Shown piece after piece: positions 60,923 to 64,000 of a DNA stretch of 64,000 nucleotides (positions are counted from its first letter, which is position 1; each line of letters starts with the position of its first letter). Under the pieces are notes generated by a model. That model made no database searches. It worked only from the letters and a program-made list of their open reading frames with translations, and had not been told where the DNA came from. The DNA comes from Candidatus Latescibacterota bacterium (GTDB lineage: Bacteria; Latescibacterota; UBA2968; GCA-2709665): NCBI GenBank assembly GCA_965226795.1, contig CBDDDZ010000002.1, positions 608,001-672,000 of the forward strand. The letters run 5' to 3'. Position numbers and translations under genes: made by a program.

Positions 60923-61552
60923 ATGGGCCGAACACTCGATATCGGAACGCGCATCGAACTGGTGCCGATGGATCCGCATTTTCATGAAATCACGATCGGG
61001 CTGTACCGGCAGAAGCGCGACGGGGGTCCCGTGTATCGCGTGCACACGTATAGCGGAAGAACCGGGCCAGACGAGCGAATCGCGTTTGTCGCGGACGCGA
61101 TGACGGTGCTGGGCGGCATGGAGCGAGCACCCGACGGGCTGCTGCGCTTTCCGTGCGGAGAGCCGCACGAACTGGCCTGCCGGCGGGTTTTTCTGGAGGC
61201 GTGCAAGCTGGCATCCGGCAGCGAGGTCGACGCTCGCCCGCTGACGATCCTCGACAGGAAGTCAGGGTTGAATATAACGTTGTCCCGTCTGGGGGAGGGC
61301 GCATACCGGGTCGGCGCCGAAGGGGAGGGGAAAGACGGCGCGCGGAGGATCCAGGTGGTTGCCGGCGGGCTGGTCAAGCTTGGAGAAATGCAATCCCGAG
61401 GCCCGGATACGGTCGCGTTCTCGTGCGGATACGCCCACGACGCGGCGGTGGGACTGCTACTGGTTCGCGCCCCCAACGTCCGGGCGGCGGTCCGCGAGCA
61501 GGAAATGACGGGGTCCCGCGGCGTGCTGACCGCACCCAGCCAGCAAAGGTAG
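60923..61552 (+). CDS. Hypothetical protein, first gene of the corrinoid cluster
   Basis: GGAGG RBS; 209 aa with two FxCG..H repeats (FPCGEPH, FSCGYAH). Confidence 0.7.
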   Translation: MGRTLDIGTRIELVPMDPHFHEITIGLYRQKRDGGPVYRVHTYSGRTGPDERIAFVADAMTVLGGMERAPDGLLRFPCGEPHELACRRVFLEACKLASGSEVDARPLTILDRKSGLNITLSRLGEGAYRVGAEGEGKDGARRIQVVAGGLVKLGEMQSRGPDTVAFSCGYAHDAAVGLLLVRAPNVRAAVREQEMTGSRGVLTAPSQQR

Positions 61553-61611
61553 TGTTCTGTCCCGGAAATAGGTTGCCTGAATGGTGAGATGTTTTCGGGA
61601 CAGAACACCGG
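61550..61611 (+). mobile_element. IS630-like MITE, copy 2
   Basis: TAGTGTTCTGTCCCGGAAATAGG...TTTCGGGACAGAACAC; its TAG is the upstream stop codon. Confidence 0.75.
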
Positions 61612-61659
61612 GGCCCTGCAACGCCGCGTAACTGACGTTTCATACGGGAGACCAGAAAT

Positions 61660-62706
61660 ATGGGGACTCAAACAGTGGGTCCGATGACCTGCCGCGAACG
61701 TGTTCTGGCGGCGCTGAACAGAGAGCCGGTAGACCGGACGCCGGTGTGCAATCCAACGTCCGTGGCAACAGTGGAACTGATGGATCTCGTGGACGCGCCT
61801 TTTCCGGACGCGAACAGGAACCCGGAACTGATGGCGCGGCTGGCCGCGACGGGGCATACCGAATTGGGGTTCGATACGATCATGCCGGTGTTCTCGATTA
61901 TCCAGGAGTCGTCGGCACTGGGCTGCAAAATTCAGTGGGAGCAGAAAGACAACTGGCCCACCGTGAAGATGCGTGAGCCCATCTGGGAAGACGTGGACGA
62001 CATCCGGATTCCGGCCGACCTTCTCACGCACAAGGATACGAATTGCGTGCTGGATGCGATCCGGATTCTGAAAAAGGAATTCGGGGATGACGTGGCCATC
62101 ATCGGGAAGACGATGGGCCCCTGGTCGCTGGGATATCACTGCTTCGGCGTGGAACCCTTTCTGCTGATGTCGCTGGACGACCCGGACAAGACGAAGGCAT
62201 GCCTGGACAGGATGAAGGAAGTCACGGTGGATTTCGGGGTGGCGCAGATCGAGGCAGGCGCGGATGCGCTCACGCTGCCCGATCACGCGACGGGCGACCT
62301 GGTGAGCGGGGAGTATTACAAGCGGTATCTGCGGGATCTGCACATCGAATTCGTGGAGCGGATTCCGATTCCGCTGATTCTGCACATCTGCGGGCGGACG
62401 GTGGATCGGATGGAGTATATCGCGCAGACGGGGATGTCCGCGTTCCATTACGACTCGAAAAACGAGCCGGGAGAATCCATGGCGGTGGTGAAGGAGCGGA
62501 TCTCGCTGGTGGGCAACATCAACAATCCTGAAACGCTGTTTTCAAAAGGGCCCGAAGCGGTCCGCCGGGAGGTCTTCAGGAACCTGGACGCCGGTGTGCA
62601 TCTCGTCGGACCTGAGTGCGCGATACCGCTACAGACGTCAATCGAGAATCTGAAGGAAATTCCCGGGGCGGTCCGGGACTGGCACCGGGAACAAGCGCCG
62701 AACTAG
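61660..62706 (+). CDS. MtaA/CmuA family methylcobamide methyltransferase (URO-D fold)
   Basis: MT.RERVLAAL....VDR.PV, E..ALGC, GPWSL, ILHICG, LVGNIN, PECAIP. Confidence 0.9.
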   Translation: MGTQTVGPMTCRERVLAALNREPVDRTPVCNPTSVATVELMDLVDAPFPDANRNPELMARLAATGHTELGFDTIMPVFSIIQESSALGCKIQWEQKDNWPTVKMREPIWEDVDDIRIPADLLTHKDTNCVLDAIRILKKEFGDDVAIIGKTMGPWSLGYHCFGVEPFLLMSLDDPDKTKACLDRMKEVTVDFGVAQIEAGADALTLPDHATGDLVSGEYYKRYLRDLHIEFVERIPIPLILHICGRTVDRMEYIAQTGMSAFHYDSKNEPGESMAVVKERISLVGNINNPETLFSKGPEAVRREVFRNLDAGVHLVGPECAIPLQTSIENLKEIPGAVRDWHREQAPN

Positions 62707-62793
62707 CCGATCGGAACGGAGCAGGTATCAAGGAATTCCAGTATCGCCCACTTGCGCTGGCGGCGTGGGCGGGTCGAAAGGGTCAGGAACGCT

Positions 62794-63564
62794 ATGGCGG
62801 AAATCAACGATATCGAAAACGAATTCATTCGTGACGAGATCGAGGAGTTTCTGGAGCGGGAAGACGAGCGGGAGCGGGCGATTAACACCTTTGCCGGTGT
62901 CAGTCGGGAAATGCAGGTGATTGCCGCGGCCTTGATCGACGGCGCCCATCACGAGGTGGACGCATTGACCAAGGCCGCCCTGGATGCAGGCACCGAGGCG
63001 CTGGAGGTGATGGACGACGGGTTGATCGCGGGAATGGGCATCGTGGGGATCAAGTTTCGCGAAAATTTCATCTTCGTTCCGGAAGTGCTGGCCTGCGCCC
63101 GGGCGATGAAGGCCGGCATGGCGTATATCGAACCCATTCTCTCCGCGTCGGGCATCAAGCCTATCGGTACGGTGATTATGGGCACGGTAAAGGGCGATCT
63201 GCACGATATTGGAAAAAACCTCTGCATTATGATGCTTCGCGGTACCGGGTTTGTCGTTCACGATCTGGGGGTGGACACGTCGGACGACGAATTCATGGAT
63301 GCCGTGGAGGAACACGGCGCGCCGCTGCTGGGGATGTCGGCGTTGCTGACGACAACCATGCCCAATATGGGCAAAACGATCGAGGCATTCATCGATGCCG
63401 ACTTGCGGGAAGACGTGAAAATTATGGTGGGGGGCGCGCCCGTCACCCAGGAATTCGCCGATGATATGGGCGCCGACGGGTACGGCAAGGATGCGATGGC
63501 GTGCGTGGATCTGGCCAAACAACTGCTGGAAGAGATGAAGGAAGAGACCAACCTTAACGCGTGA
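62794..63564 (+). CDS. Corrinoid (cobalamin-binding) protein, MtbC/MttC-like
   Basis: GLIAGM..VG..F...IFVPEVL, GTVKGDLHDIGKNL (DxHxxG), MSALLTTTM, VGGAPV. Confidence 0.95.
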   Translation: MAEINDIENEFIRDEIEEFLEREDERERAINTFAGVSREMQVIAAALIDGAHHEVDALTKAALDAGTEALEVMDDGLIAGMGIVGIKFRENFIFVPEVLACARAMKAGMAYIEPILSASGIKPIGTVIMGTVKGDLHDIGKNLCIMMLRGTGFVVHDLGVDTSDDEFMDAVEEHGAPLLGMSALLTTTMPNMGKTIEAFIDADLREDVKIMVGGAPVTQEFADDMGADGYGKDAMACVDLAKQLLEEMKEETNLNA

Positions 63565-63848
63565 GCCCGACCGTGCAAAAGATCGACAGAGACGACTACC
63601 AGAAACGGCTGGATAGGATCACGGAGCTGTTTGCCGGCATGGTCGCCCATGCCGATGAGCTGTCCACCGTGCGCTGCCCGTACAAGAACCGTTTCGACGA
63701 GTGTACGGCCAGGTTCGGCTGCAGAAATCAGCGTAAGCCCCGTCCGGGCGGAACGCTGCTGATGTGCGGTGGGGACGACAAGCTGGACTATCGCGGCGCG
63801 TGGGAGACGGAGGCGAAACACGGCGCGTTCTTCGGGAGCGAGGACTAG
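63561..63848 (+). CDS. Small Cys-rich hypothetical protein
   Basis: GTGA overlap with the corrinoid gene; RCPYKN..DEC.A.FGC.N.R......C.GD (4 Cys). Confidence 0.65.
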   Translation: MSPTVQKIDRDDYQKRLDRITELFAGMVAHADELSTVRCPYKNRFDECTARFGCRNQRKPRPGGTLLMCGGDDKLDYRGAWETEAKHGAFFGSED

Positions 63849-63895
63849 TGTCCTGTCCCGGAAATAGGTTGCCTGAATTCGGGACAGAACACTGG
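63846..63895 (+). mobile_element. IS630-like MITE, copy 3 (internally shortened)
   Basis: TAGTGTCCTGTCCCGGAAATAGGTTGCCTGAATTCGGGACAGAACACT; its TAG is the upstream stop codon. Confidence 0.75.
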
Positions 63896-63903
63896 AACGG
63901 CGC

Positions 63904-64000
63904 ATGGGTACGATATCTCACGACGGGAACAGGAGGGCGCTGGCAGCCGGGAAGACGGTTTTCGATTATGCGGATGAACTGGCGGTTCAGGTGCCCACCT
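63904..64000 (+). CDS. N-terminus of a probable 2Fe-2S/ASKHA corrinoid-activating protein (partial)
   Basis: MGTISHDGNRRALAAGKTVFDYADELAVQVPT resembles the start of a 2Fe-2S ferredoxin domain; the call relies partly on context in the corrinoid cluster. Confidence 0.55.
   Translation, partial: MGTISHDGNRRALAAGKTVFDYADELAVQVPT

Noticed and set aside
55663..63895. CRISPR array
   Set aside because: The repeats are dispersed, single and have terminal inverted repeats; no regular repeat-spacer pattern and no cas genes.
61550..63906. Pyrrolysine read-through at TAG codons in the methyltransferase cluster
   Set aside because: The TAGs at 61550 and 63846 are MITE ends, the downstream genes are out of frame with their own ATGs, and no MttB-type gene is in view.
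1..64000. tRNA, rRNA, riboswitch (including cobalamin), integrase or intact transposase
   Set aside because: None recognised by eye; a covariance-model search would be needed to exclude them.

Overview
GC-rich bacterial DNA. The gene content suggests an FCB-superphylum heterotroph such as Latescibacterota/KSB1-like; this is inferred from a TonB receptor + T9SS-type cargo + PorV triad, a DUF6785-like membrane protein, and PhyH, C45, ceramidase-like and Gfo/Idh/MocA enzymes. Left to right: (1) a minus-strand rimO-folA-thyA-heparinase II/III-like run; (2) rpmB and a FolC-ATP-grasp fusion; (3) a ~14 kb plus-strand catabolic run ending in a hidden UGSC-family selenoprotein (in-frame TGA, SECIS-like hairpin, atypical U-C-G-A motif, Obg C-terminal-like insert), followed by the TonB/T9SS-cargo/PorV triad; (4) a toxin-first vapC-phd pair and a deleted, frameshifted ThDP-enzyme pseudogene; (5) a second catabolic block; (6) a tract of decaying genes (AAA kinase, rimK, RimK-linked protease, cation-chloride-type permease, HicA-like remnant); (7) uppP and sugar/amino-acid genes; (8) a FadR-type regulator divergent from a corrinoid methyltransferase cluster. 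There are at least four dispersed non-coding repeat families, including an IS630-like MITE whose three copies each supply the TAG stop codon of the upstream gene. All family calls come from motif recognition by eye; no database searches were run.
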